A DNA stretch of 64,000 bases from Lepidodermella squamata (GCA_047495785.1 JBLDXI010000009.1:1116001-1180000), one strand, 5' to 3'; counted from the stretch's first letter, positions 14,201 to 28,058 are shown. Notes: a model not told the origin generated them from the sequence alone. Numbers and translations are program-made.

Positions 14201-15560
14201 GCGATTTATCCATCGCATTCAAAGCCTGTCAAATTGTTCTCAAAACTCTATGAACGCTTTTTGCATTAATTAAAAATTTATTCATCAGAGGCATCTCAGA
14301 AAAATAGCAACGCAATGAAAACGCACGCACGAGTGAAAAATATTTGACGAGAATGACGAAATTTTATAAAAACCAAGTGAATTAGCTTTAAAATCGTCGA
14401 TACAGCAGAGAATCGCAAAAATACAGTGATATTCTCGATTTCAAAGTAAAATGAATTTACCGTCCTGGGGTTTGGGATGAAGGAGCTTTCACCTTAATCG
14501 CACGAGTGCTCACTCAAGCTGCAAATCACGATTGCGTTTCTCACTCGGAACAATAGTAGTGACAGGAGGCGCATCAAAATTAAGATGATTTGTATGACAC
14601 AACAATTCTTTGGAATATCTAACCTCTACCAAGCCATCTGTAACAGATGGAGGAAGCCGGTTAGTCTAAACCAATTCCAACTCAGACCAAAACCAATGAG
14701 ATGACGACAAGTTTATCTTCTGTTACGAATTAATGACAAAAATTCGGCTAATCGGTACATTCAAAATTTAGATATGAAATATTGTTGAGGTCAACAATTA
14801 CTTCACTGGCGGAAGGAAGTATGTAGTTAAAAAGCCACGTTTCTTTGAAGATAAATCTAATTCCTTGATCGGGTTGAAAACCTTTCCAAACTACACAAGG
14901 CAGATCAATACTTGAAATTTGCTATTCCGGTGCATCATTTTATTTTTCCATTCATAAAAAATATATTTAAAGGTTCATAAGGGCACAGCAAGACCTATTT
15001 AAATAGGTGTTTCGCAAACACGAGCTCATCTGCCGACTTCACTTCACGGAATAGTGAACAGAAACATGTTCATGAACATTTTCATGGTAATTGTGTGAAA
15101 TCTGCAAACAGGTAGATTCCTTATTCCAGGGTGGAGATGTTATGGAAACGTAAAACCAGAGATGGAGAATATAAAAATAACAGCAATGCCCCAGTACGAA
15201 CAAAGAGTTAGAACGAAGTTGAAAGAATACACACAAATATGTATACGTAAGAAAAATTAAAAAAGAAATGCGTACCGCTTTCATTCATTAGTACGTGAGA
15301 CAGTTCACTGCATACGCCGGTGCATCCGACATGTTACATCAAATATATGAAACTTTTCTGTATGCTTCAACCAACAAAAATAGGCGCTGCGAAATTACAA
15401 CAATGTATATAATTACACTAGATTTATATAAAGTCTCGCCTCCAGTAAGTGAAAGAATCAAAGCATGAAGAGGGCTGAAGGACATGAATCTTTTCAAAGT
15501 TTTTTCGATCATCGAAGACATAGTCACGGGCATTTAGTAAACTTTTTCGCTTCAGTTTGG

Positions 15561-16528
15561 TCAAGTCCAGCCATTATCTTTCACCATGTGTGCCAACTCG
15601 ATGATGTATTTCCCTTCCTTGTATTTTTGTGACGATTCAAAGGCATGTTCCTGGAGAAAAAAAACGGCAATGACATAATTCTTTTCAAGTCATCCAGATA
15701 TGGCAAATACGCTCGCCTAAAATTGGGCGCCTTAGCAAATCGAAATATTGCTCTAAAGCGATCAACCGCGAGACAGTAATAAGGACGGCAATAGATTATC
15801 GCTCAAAGCGCCACCCACGATCCTTTGTAGAAGCTTCACTCGATTATTTCGCTTTTTTATATGTGTGCATATATGCACTGCGCAATATCGATCGAGAAAT
15901 TGCCGCGCGACGCGCTACGAAGACGATAGGAGGCATTTCTTTCCAGGCATAAAACTGAAGTGCGCGACGCAGCCATGTTTTCTAATGCATGTATTTTCTT
16001 ATCGACAAACACCTATTGAACTTGAGTACGAAAACAGAGGTGTGTACCGGTCGCGACAATGAATCACCACAGAAAGATTTAGTTGAACTCACATATTTCC
16101 AACCAAGCACAGTCTTGCAGCAACCACAAAATATGTCTGAAACCGCATGCAGCCCCTGAAAATAAAGTTGAGGTCGGAAAAGTAGTCAAAAAATATAATT
16201 ACCGTTAAAAGTATCCTTTCCTCTGATGGACCGCAAGTAACGTTCACACTGAGATGAAAGATAAGCAAATCAATATATCAAATGTGAACTTTCGGCAGTT
16301 TTCTTACACAGAATTGAAAAGATAGGCCCGGCCTTGGCTGCCCTGGAAAGACTTCGAAATGAGTTCGTCGTGATTTGCGAGGTGGGCCCTACAGTGGGAG
16401 CAGCTGTAGGTGCGAAGAGGTGGCGCATCGGGAGTTTTCGGCGACGTCGACGAGGACGTGGCCAGACTGCATCCAGCAGGCATTGCGGCGTTTGTGGTCG
16501 GTAAATACTCGTGCCAAGTTTTGACCAT
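15561..16528 (-). CDS. YPEL: Yippee-like protein; 4 coding exons
   Basis: [99 protein letters not shown]. Confidence 0.95.
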
Positions 16529-19500
16529 TCTACCGGCGGTCACCGTCGAAGCCGTAGATGGCATCCGAAGTAGAAACCAGTTATTTTCATAAAAATATCC
16601 AGCAGTCCTCGGCTAAGGCACTGCTTGTGGACAGCTGTGGGCGACAGTATCTTCTAGCTTTGCGTGAGCTCGTTCGAAGATTGAGGGCGCGGAGTGAATA
16701 CAAAAATATAGCTATTTCTCTCTCGCTCTCTTTAATATAAAAGCGGCTAAATTCAGAATAAGAAACGATGAATGCAATGACTTGTGTTGTCACTAGACAG
16801 GGAGGGGTGTTGTCCCTTGCGGCAAAAACAAAGAAATAACACATGCGAAGCATATCACACGAAAACGCGAATCAAACCATCTGTCAAGAACTGCTGCATC
16901 TGGTCGGCGACAACGCGCAAACACAACGAGCGCCTCTTATTACAGTATTCTGTAGCTTTTCGCATTGATAGGCCAAACTAACGCAAACACACACCTTTGT
17001 GACGTCGATAGCGCACTGACGAGAGGCCGGTCGGACTGAGTAATGAGGAACTCGGAAGGAATTCATTCGTGAGCTGCCGAATGTGCATTAACTGTAAGAA
17101 GCAGCTCGGAATCTTTTGCTGCCGCCCGACACATGGCGCGCCGCGTGGACAAAACATCAGCGCCAGGCATAAACAAGTCGCAGCCACCAAGACGACGTAT
17201 GCGAGCTATCATAGCGCGACTGCAGATTGAAACAAGTAAGCCAAGCGCTGCTATCTGAGGTCACGAATGTGCGCGCCGACGAGCAGCGAAACAAGTCACA
17301 CACGCGTAAACAACGCTTGATAAAAACGTGGTTTCTGGGCACATTAATGTCATATTGATTAAAAAAGAACTCGCCAGCTGCTGGCTTTTCACGCGGAAAG
17401 CGACCCAGCAAGGAGCTTTAGGTTAGTTAGCGAAGCCCATCAAGTAAAGGAAAACCTCGGCGCTCGCCATCATCATAATCATCATCAAGTAGGGCGAAAG
17501 GGGAAGTGCAGAAACCTGAAGCAGGTGGCAGTTTTACGGAGGTGTATCGCGTAATAAAATGAGCGCAGTGATTGATTAAACACAGCGCATAATTTGAATA
17601 ATATATCACGAACACAAAGCGTATTCAGTGTTTAGTTGATTCGTCGCTGTGGTGCTGTAATATCGACTTTCAGCTGCAGCGCGCATTCGTTCAGGCTGAT
17701 ACAGGCTGGTACGAAGTACAACACGATAAGTCATGATAGGCAACATGGGCAATAATGACTCAAAGAAACAGCGAGCACAATAAACAACAACAACAAAAGC
17801 AGCTCGTTTAGGCAATGATGATTTGACAGCGTAGCTGGAGAAGGCTGAAAAGTTAGTGCGTAAACTACGGTAGCTTACTTCGCATCGCATTGGCATCATC
17901 ATCATCATGTGGTTTATCATAAATCAGCTACTAAATATAACTTTTATTCCAGGTAAAAAGCTGACGTAAATATACTATATTATGTAAAGTGTAGTCAACA
18001 ACACCTTGCTAATTTACCGATAAGTAGCACCAAATAGCAAGAAGTTCGAAAGCGAGCGTAATGTAGGCCCCGCCTGAATGCGCAATAATATTGTATATCT
18101 ATGCGATTCGCCTGAAGGAAGCGGCGTCGAGCAAGAAAACATTTCCTGCCCACAGCGATGATTCCACATGTTTATATGTCCATAATAGCATTAAAGACGC
18201 TTTCAGACTGCATTTACACAGAAAAAATGAATACATCGCTTGAGCTTGTCTGGTCTATTGAGTTATTTCCAGCTCAATCGGCTCAGCTAAAGCACTGGAA
18301 TTATTCGACAGCGTTATCGTTACGCTGGCTAGGTTAATACCAATCAATCATCAGCGGGTTGAAAATAATATTATGGCCTTTCTCCTCTACTCTATGAACA
18401 CGGAGAAATCGCAGATATAGGGGCCAATAAAAAGATAATACAGCATATCATTATTTCGCGAGGTAATAATATGATGTGAAGTCTTACTACGAAAAAGCAT
18501 TGTAGTTTGCACCGAAAACCTCAATAGGTACCGCTGCGCCTAATACGATACATTTACATTAGAAAGCTAACAATAACGATGGCTTGGCAATGAAAACATG
18601 CGCCCCTGAGTACTTTCAACGGCTTTTTATGAGCGAAATGACCGATGGTCATCTTCGGCACGCGGCGTTTGTATGCAAATAGGCAGAATACAAAATATAT
18701 AAGTAAAAATTCTTGTGCAGTCAATTTCAATCTGTCACATAAGTAGTGAGTTCTAAGATGTATGCAAACGCAAAATGACCCACGCATGATACAATATAAA
18801 ACATCTTAAAAATAAATTGCAGTGCCCGAAAATAGCTCAAGAAAATACGCGGAGACTATTGCTGACAATTCCTAGATCGTAATTACACCTCATGATTTCA
18901 ATGATGAGCAAATGATAAATACCTATTTTTACGCAATCTAAATATGGATAAAAATCGGGTTTAATGGCGAGAGCAAGGACGGGATTTCGTGGCCAATACA
19001 TTTTGTTAATATCCAGAGCAGCGGTAGTTGCTCTAAGGAAATTTTCTCAGCTTTGCCAATTTCATAACCAAATACTACGCTTCCTCATGTCGCAGATAAT
19101 GCATTCTGCAGCTAACTCAATAATGTGTACACGGAGCTCCTCTAATGCGCATTTCACATCCATTAATAACATGAGGCGAGCGGCCGCGTGAAACAGCCTT
19201 TGCGATTTCCCTATTTGCAACTAAGGCAATAGCGGCCGCGAGGCGATGTCATATTACTCGAATATTAAATAGCATGCTATCGATTATTTTTTCATCATCC
19301 GAGGGCGCGTTTAGTGACAAAAGAGGCCGCAGAACGCAGAACTAAATCGGTTGTACTGCAAACGAGGTACTGCTCTATATCCATTTAAAATGTCCGTGTA
19401 AAAACATTCATGGACACAAAGTGGATTGTCTTAGCGACTCTATTGCGTAAATAAGATTATTGATAACTTAACTCCCAACTTCAACAATATTGCATTGTGA

Positions 19501-19554
19501 TCATGATCAGGATTTAACCAGTTCGAGTCATGATCAGGATTTAACCAGTTCGAG
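19501..19554. repeat. Perfect 27-bp tandem duplication (tcatgatcaggatttaaccagttcgag x2)
   Basis: Directly visible: units 19501-19527 and 19528-19554. Confidence 0.95.
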
Positions 19555-20948
19555 TAAGTCACATATACCGCGAAGTGTTAAAGCATAAATATCACATTTA
19601 ACAAAAAGTGTTAACAGTATAACTGCACGCCCGAAAAATAAAAAAAACCACTATCATGGAAACTCAGTAAATGTTTTAATCAAGACCTACTACAAGAACC
19701 GAGATTTTCTCGACATCTATTCATCGAGTATCAAGTAAGGAGTAAGGAAAGAGCTTCCACTAGTCATTCCACTTCGTACAAGATATGCATTTCAACTAAT
19801 AAGATAAATTAAGAAATAAAGTTGTGCTTATAGCTGCTATCGTAATTCAAGGACTTGATGGTTGTAAACTCAAAGTGATATCCCAGAGATTAGGATGGCA
19901 TCTTCAGAATCTCGAAGCCGCTGTCAGTTTCTAGTTGCCAGTTAAACCCAGTCTTCTGTCGATAGAGTCCAAGCAGACTCCCAGGGAGAACTAATTTTTA
20001 AGCAGACTTCAGTAGGAATTTCTGGGGTGCCCCTCGTTGGATAATTTTTGTCCTGGAGGCAGTTTGTAATCATTGTTGATCGATCAGACAACTTAAATAC
20101 CATGCAAATGCAGAAAGCTCCTCACATACTGTAAGTATACCATTAGTTACTAGATACACTCCATCAGATGGAATGCGCAAGAAATAGCTCTGTTGGAAGC
20201 GATATTCGGGTCGCATTATTCTCTGTATTCGATTCGATTTCACGCTGTACGAGGACTCCATTAGATAAGTTTAGGGTCAGGGGCTAGAGGAAACAATAAA
20301 GAGAGACAGATAGAGAGAGCGCATTCCTGCCAACGAAATTGAAGCAGGCTATTATTGGCTATAATTGGAAACTGTTGCATTAAGAAGGAAATATATCAAA
20401 GGTCGATCCAAGGTAAATCGTAAAACCAACCAACTAACTGCAAGCCAATCGACGATAAACAATAAATCTCACCCGCAATAGGTTCCAAGTGATAGAATAG
20501 ACTCAAATCTCAAATACTAGGGATGTGTTGAAGATATTGATGTTTGATCCATGCATCATGCATGAGATCAAATTAAAATCCTTTCCTTTCTAGTTCCTCA
20601 CCTTTCAACAGAGGAAGACATTCACGACAAAACAGCGAAGTACATGAATCGGTGAAACCAAGACATCAAAGAATTCAAGATTTGCGGTACATCTTGAGTA
20701 GTTGAACTCAAGCCAGAAAAAAACCCACTAAAAAAAGAAGAAAGAACTAAGCCAAAAAAGGTCATGTCACGTGATATAAAAGTGGAAATTAATATTAATT
20801 TTCTCTAGTTGATGGAAATTCCGCCACACAAAAATTTATTAAATAAAAGTGAAAATTCTCACACAGATAGTGCGCGAAATTCAAAAGCTCATTCTCAAGT
20901 TTGGCGCATATCCAAGTCTACGCCGCAGTCAGACGTCCACAACGAGTC

Positions 20949-21996
20949 TCAACAATCTCTCACGCCATCTTTCTGGAAATCAAAATCTTTAGAGGGCCGA
21001 ATATTAGTCGAATGCTAAATTACCGTAATTTGGAACCAACAGGGGTGGTCATTATCTGACAGCGGGTTTACTGGTTTCAGGAGTTTCGCCGTTCTAACCT
21101 TTTCATCCAACTTACTCGCAGAATTCGAAGGCATTTGCACGCCGTCTGCCCGCCCAATAGCGATCTGCAGAGCTGGAACACATGCCCATGCTTTACCCAG
21201 GGACGGTATTTCTATTGATTTTTCATTAGACGAGCTTATCTTAGCCGTCATTTGATTAGTCACGACGACCTGAAATCATTCCATCAGCTAAAAAAGACTA
21301 AGAAAAGAGTAAATTTACAGCTAGCGTATGCCGAGCCGCGAGTGCAGTCAATTTCGCACCGATATGGGCGAGAAACTCCGATCTAAATGAATAATCCTCA
21401 AATTCGTTGCGTAATGGCGCTGCCAGGCTATCCACTACCACCAGCTTTACCTGGAATTATGAGGATGCCTTTCAATTCATAATAAATACAGCATTTGCCA
21501 ACTCACATCAGGCTTAGCAGTTATAAAATTATCTAAAGATGATATGACTTGCAGCAACTGAGCTGGGTCAATGATTCGATGATAGTAGATGTGAGACAGC
21601 ACAGTTTCTGAGGAGAACGATTGAGAAGAGCCAAATTGGTAATGAGTGCACAGTGAATCTGCCATGTCGACTATTCTTGAAGGAACGAAAGTGCACTCCG
21701 AATCGAGATAAACAGCGTCACCGCCGATACCACCGACATCTCGTGGTAACTGGACATTGACGCAAGCCTGGAAACTAAGGCAGAGGTAATGCATCCACTT
21801 GATGATACGACGTAATAATCTACCAAAGCTGGGTCTTTCCACATCCGGCACCGCCAGCTACTTCAGTAACATGGCCAAGTGGGAAACCGCCACCAATGAG
21901 CCGATCTAAAGACGAGCTGCAGGTGCTCAAGTTGACAGGCAATTTACTCGACGCAAGATCAACCATAAGATCCCAAGCAGATTTGGAACTTTCCAT
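20949..21996 (-). CDS. RAD51C: RAD51 paralog C (N-terminally short); 5 exons
   Basis: LDRLIGGGFPLGHVTEVAGGAGCGKTQLC (Walker A), NVQLPRDVGGIGGDAVYLDSE, LVVVDSLAAPLR, VVVTNQMT, PSLGKAW, C-terminal FQITKDGVRDC*. Confidence 0.85.
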
Positions 21997-22123
21997 TTAA
22001 ACGCTGATTGATCTAAAACAATTTTTCAGTTAATAAAAATATTTAAGAATATTTTACGTTTTATTTGTAAACAATAGCTTGCTGAAAATGATAACAAAAT
22101 CAGAACACATCACAGGTGTCCAC

Positions 22124-23779
22124 TCAATACTTGGGTAGCATCGCGCGTTTTCCGCGGACAGGCTGCTTTCTAACTGGAGACTCGATTTCCTCTTCCTCGG
22201 ATGACGAAGGCAATACATCTGGAAGCGCTGTTTTGTACAAAATGCTTCTATCGTCTTCGTCGTCAGAAAATTCATATAAATCTTGATTTCTAGAGACACA
22301 CGGTTTTACAGCAATAGGAGTCTTTGGCTTGACTGATGATTTAGGAACAGCAGCTGAAATCGCCGGACTTGCATGCTTCCGCTTTAGGTCACTGTGAATA
22401 GCCTCTTTGGCGACAGAGCTATTGGCAATGGTTGCTTTAGACTCAGATGTAGAAGTTTCCAGTCGACGAGATCGAACAGCTACGGCGAGTGGCCCATGGT
22501 TTGGCAAGTAGTTATGCTTCACCACGGCAGATGCCGTTGAAGAAACACGGCTGGTTTCATGGCCGTTAACTGTTTCGCACAGATCAACTTTGGCTCGGAC
22601 ACGGGGTGAAGCAACAGATTTGGCTTTCTCAATTTTCTTCGGCTGTAAGACGAAAGGTTGGTTTTGTTTAGCCTTCATCTTCGCGAGTCCACTCTAAAAA
22701 TCAGGAAGAAAATGAGAGAATAAATAGCCAAGTCAATATCGCTTACCGTAAACACTTTTTTAATCGCGGTATAATCAGGCGTGGCCTCGTATGGCATGCG
22801 CTTTACAATAGCGAAAAAGTCCGCAATCTCGGATGGACATTCGGGGAAGAAATCTGTCAATGACTTCGGAAGCTTGTCAAAAAATGAGTGCTTTGCGGAG
22901 CTGACTGAGTCAGGATTTGACAACAGACCACCCCATGGCAAGGAGCCTCGAGTCCAATGAATCAAACAATACGCCAAAATTTCCAAATCTCCTCGTCGGG
23001 ATGGTGGGGCGCCACAGTGAGCCTCCCTACTAGTGTACTCAACAGTTCCATTGTGTTTCAATTTTTTGTCTTCCTTGTAAGCTAGACGTGAGATTATATG
23101 ATCATCATAAATTCTGCTCATCTTCCATTTCAAGACTCTTACCTATTGGGATTTTAGCCGCCAAACCGAAGTCGCACAAATAAATGCTTTGGGTCTCTGA
23201 ACTTCCGTATCCGAAAATAATGTTAGATCCCTTCACGTCGGCATGGACATAGCCGTGGGTATGGATAAACTCCAGAGCTTCCAGAATTTCAAGTGAAATT
23301 TGGTAGGTCAGCATATTAGGAAGATGCCATTCAAATTCGCCAAGTATTTCCTCCAAATTTCTACCCAGACGCTGCATTATAACAAACCTTGGAAAATCCA
23401 TAAATTATATTATTGAAAGCTATCAAGATATTAGCAGTTACCGGTAAATTCCGTCATCGGTAACGCCAAAGGAATAAAATTCTGGCAGAGGAACGTATGC
23501 CAAATTACGCTGTTTCGCCCAGGTGGAAAGCATTTCTTTTTTCAAACAGCGAACAGCGAAATTCTGTTCGCAAAACAGTGGACCACTTTCAAGATGCTCC
23601 ATTTTCACCACCGCAACTTCGCCACTTTCTTTACAAGAAGCTTCGTAGATGCGACCAAAGCCACCAGTTCCGATTTGCTTTAGCAGGACCCAAGTTTTCT
23701 TCTTATTTTTGTCGAGAAGGATATGACCTTTTGGTAGAATTGGTGGCAGTTTAACTACCGGCGCTTTCTTGGGTGGCAT
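22124..23779 (-). CDS. VRK1: Vaccinia-related kinase (VRK1-like); 4 exons
   Basis: [70 protein letters not shown]; basic/Ser-rich C-terminal tail. Confidence 0.9.
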
Positions 23780-25121
23780 TTCTGAGTTTACGTAAATATG
23801 CTAAACAATCAAGGATCTAAATCGGACAACAAGGTATAACGTCATTGAAAGTTTAATCGAGAATTGTCTTCCCGCAACCCGCAACCCATAACCCATTCCC
23901 CATTATACGCAATGTATCTACTCATTTAGTTATACTGTATGACGAAATCGTTAACGATTTGGGACTATTGGGATTTGGGCGATAAACGACACAGTCGAAA
24001 GCTGGTATGGTTGACGGCCATGCATAGTGAAAAATAAAATGAGGGAACGGCAATGTCAAAATTGTGACCCTCAAACTAGGACCCTGTACCATCCCAGTTT
24101 TCTTAAGCTACATCCGCCACTGCGACGAGCGCTCTCTAATTCGGCTTATTATAAAGCACCATTGATCATTGATGTACCTAGCTATAATTAAACAATATCC
24201 AAGTTCATCCGGTTTATTCGCAAACAATATTCAAGTTTTAATGTCACAGGAATTAACCACGAGGTGAAATCTTCAAGCCACTACAATGCATTTTGCCTAA
24301 TTATGTGAAATCTTCAATCTTAATTCTGGTTTACCACGCTCCAAGCTCCAAAATCATCTTTCACGAGGCTGTACATTAAACCGTAAAAAAATAGAGACAA
24401 TTCGGAATTAGGAGCAATAAGAACTTACTGTTATTGCTCCTCTCTGTTAGAAATAGTAGATACATCGTAAATCGTAGCTTCCCTACCTCATACAAACCGC
24501 AAAAACAATCAAACATAATCTCGCAACCAAAATCCACGTTGCGATATTTTATCAGTTGATTTAAAAAATTGCGCCATTACATGTGAAGGTTAATAACTTT
24601 TTTAGTCAGCCTGCGTCATAATATAAAATATCATTAACATTTAGAATTTGTTATATAGTGCATTGGTCGATGCGGTACATTGATGTATTATATGACAAAA
24701 TCAAATAACAATAAGAGAGTTACCGCTTTTTTTAAATGAGACTTATGGATTTTTCTCACCGCTCATCACCGCATCTATCGAATAGGCTTGAGCATTGGCC
24801 AGTGATCGGGGTTGTTAATTGTTAAGTGCTTGCTGAAATCAAAGTTTTAATCAGGCCGACCATTTATTGGCCTTTACCCACTGGCAAAAAATCTTGCCCC
24901 GTGAACCCGATTTAAGGCATTTCCAGGCTAGTTCTGGCAACTAATCCTTACAAATAGCGTTCGAAAAAGCTCGCTTTGTTTGCATAGAGGTTGTAATGTG
25001 ATTTTTCTGCAACAGCAGCTTTTTAAGTATCCCAAGCCACATATACATTATTACCCTGGCGCCGTCCCTGACGTTTTACCTGATAGTAACATTTTATAAT
25101 CTATGTAGGTTTTCTCTTACA

Positions 25122-26495
25122 ATGAGCGCGAGCAATAAGCGGAGAGTTCAATTTGCTGAGCCTGAGAAGGTGAGGTGTCGGCTTTGCTAACTACTTGCAA
25201 CAAGCTAACTTTTCAACCTCAATGTATTAGCCCGAAACTTCTGCGAAAAAGGTTCGACAAGCTAAGCCGGCTCCTCCTCCTGAAGATAAGGATAAATCTA
25301 AGCGAGATGAGTTGGATTACAACGAAGATCTCGGAGAATCTGGCTCTGAAGGAGAAGGAGAAGGAGAAGGTGCTGGAAACGTTATGAACATTGACAACTT
25401 GGATTTGGGAGGTAAATCAACGATTACTGGACATGAAATATAGCCTATGAGTATTTTCTTCAGTTGAGGCAAAAACTGTGGAATATGACGAGGAAGTAAA
25501 GATAACACCTTTCAACTTGGACGAAGAAATGGAAGAAGGGCATTTTGATGGCGATGGAACTTTCGTGTTTGATAAAAAGGTTAGTTCTGCAAAGACTATT
25601 CGGTGTATTATTTCCGATTCTGTGATATAGTCAAAAGTGAAAGACAGCTGGCTAGATGAGTTCGATTTTAACGATGTGCGGCAATTGGAATCAGCTAGAC
25701 TCGCCGAAGAGAAGCGGCAAAGTAGCAAAGTCGAAAATGAGCAGGAAATGAAGGATGAATCTTTAACTAATCACCAAATATACGAACAGGTACGATCGAA
25801 CATGTTTTATGATGTTGGGTAACTTTCATTTTTATTATAGATTGTGCCCATATTGCACGCTGGTGAGAGCGTGCTCAAGGCTGTTCGGCGTCTGGGAAAT
25901 GCAACTAAAGCACTCAGCGCTAGTGAAAGATTGAAGCTGAAAAAACAAGCTGCGAAGCAAAACGGTGCTCCAATGCAAACTAGCGCTGAAAATACTGAAT
26001 TTCAGAAGAAACAGCTCTTGCGCCTAACAGAGCTTGCCGATTTGCTGATTCGCCGGGGTTTAATGAATGCGTATGAGGAGACTTACGAGAGCCTTTCGTA
26101 TCAAATTAAGCTGAAAACCTCCGAGCCTGTCAATGCAGTGAAGTCTGCGCCTGCCGGAGATATGTTTGCGGATGACTTCAACGAATCAGAAACAACCTCA
26201 AAACAAGCAGCAAAATCAGAATCATCCAATGTAAAATCTGACGAGGACGATGTCAAGTAAGAAGCACAATAAAATCTGAAAATTTATTCAAATAATTTTT
26301 TCCAGGTGGGAATACAAATTATCATCAGGTGATGACAGCGCTATTCATGGTCCTGTATTAACATCCGCGCTGATGGATATGATCAGTGAAGCTGAAAAAG
26401 ATGGGAAACAATCGTCTTTCTACGTTCGCCGGCACGGAACATCCGGCCAATTCTACAGTTCTAGCCGAGTCGATTTTTCGTTGTATATTGACTAA
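25122..26495 (+). CDS. CD2BP2: CD2 antigen cytoplasmic tail-binding protein 2 (U5-52K/Lin1 homolog); 6 exons
   Basis: ITPFNLDEEMEEGHFDGDG, DSWLD, GESVLKAVRRLG, LTELADLL...YEETYE, C-terminal WEYK...HGP...GQFYSSSRVDFSLYID*. Confidence 0.9.
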
Positions 26496-26617
26496 TCAAG
26501 TGATACCTACCTGAGCTTTTTGTACGAAAAATGGTTATCGCCCAAGCTGTCAATTGCATTTTTTTACCACCCTTTTAACTAGATAGATTTGATCAATAAT
26601 TTTAATTTACGTCAACC

Positions 26618-27685
26618 ATGGCTGTAAATGTGTTTCAACAAGTAAATGAATTTCTTTCCTCGCATCAACATGCGTTACCTAACTGAATTTTCCAGGAATA
26701 CATGTCGATTCCTCCGGTTACTCGTGCTTACACAACCGCCTGTGTGATCACAACTATTGCTGTGGTAAATTGAAATGACGGTCTCCAGCCGAATGCGTTC
26801 CTAATTTTGAACATATCGTTTCAGCAACTCGACCTGATGACACCATTCCAGTTGTATTTCAATCCGGATTTAGTTTTTCGAAAGTACCAGGTTGGCAATC
26901 TTTCAAATCCTTATAAACTTACTAAATCTTGCTTTGTTAGTTTTGGCGGATGATTTCATCATTCCTGTTCTTCGGAACCTTCGGATTCAATTTTCTATTC
27001 AATATAATATTTACGTATCGTTACTGCCGAATGTTGGAGGAAGGTTCGTTCCGAGGCCGCGCAGCAGATTTCGTATACATGTTCATTTTCGGTGGAGCGA
27101 TTATGATTGTAAGTTCAGTTTCTATAATTGAAAAAATATTGCTAAAATCCGGTTTTCCAGCTCACCGCTAGTTTTGTGAGCCTTGTTTTTCTTGGGCAGG
27201 CGTTTACGATAATGCTAGTCTACGTTTGGTCGCGAAGAAATCCATACGTTCGCATGAATTTTTTCGGCTTGCTGAACTTTCAAGCGCCCTACTTGCCATG
27301 GGTTCTGCTGATTTTCTCTCTCCTGCTTGGCAATCCTATAGTCGTAGATGTCATGGGAATCGTCGTTGGGCACATATATTTTTGTAAGCCAGTCGATGAT
27401 CATCAACTTCAAGATAACGCTTGAATTTTTCAGACTTGGAAGATGTGTTACCTCAGCAAATTAATGGTACTCATATTCTTAAAACGCCCAAGTTTTTGTA
27501 AGTTGAAAACACCTGATTATAATAACTTTTAACCGTTGATTATTGATTTCAGGACCTGGCTTTGCGACAGGCGAGAAGCTCAAGAAGCTGCTTATAACCC
27601 ACTGCCCGAGGCTCAAAATGCTGACGAAGACCAAGCTGCTCAAGGACCCCCCAGACCCGGTGGTTTTGACTGGGGCAATCGCTAG
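26618..27685 (+). CDS. DERL2: Derlin-2/3; 7 exons
   Basis: [80 protein letters not shown]-terminal SHP-box-like RPGGFDWG. Confidence 0.95.
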
Positions 27686-28058
27686 CCGCCGAAAAACGTT
27701 GCCATCTGATCGTTCCAGTGGAAGTTTGAGGGAACCCGAATACCCAAATAGTCCATTGCAAGCGCATTGTGAATATATCATCATTTAATACTACCGTTAA
27801 CTTCTTGTATAATGTTATTCTTGATGAAAATTTGACCGCCTCGTGGCATCTCAGATTTTGTTCTGTGCATTTGAAGCACCATTTGACGACTCGGTCATTA
27901 TTGTGCTGACTGTTTTCTGACGAAAGCTACACATTAATCGATGCAATTGCTGATCGAGCAATATTTGTTTTATTGTTTGGATTTCTCGGAGAGAAAAAGT
28001 ATATTATTGGAATAAAGATGCCTGTTGAAATGCGGGATTTGTTGAAAGAACTTCCATT

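Noticed and set aside
23800-25100. SL RNA or snRNA gene in intergenic regions
   Set aside because: No leader I recognise (nematode, flatworm or rotifer type) with an adjacent donor and Sm site was found by eye; an Infernal/Rfam scan would be needed.
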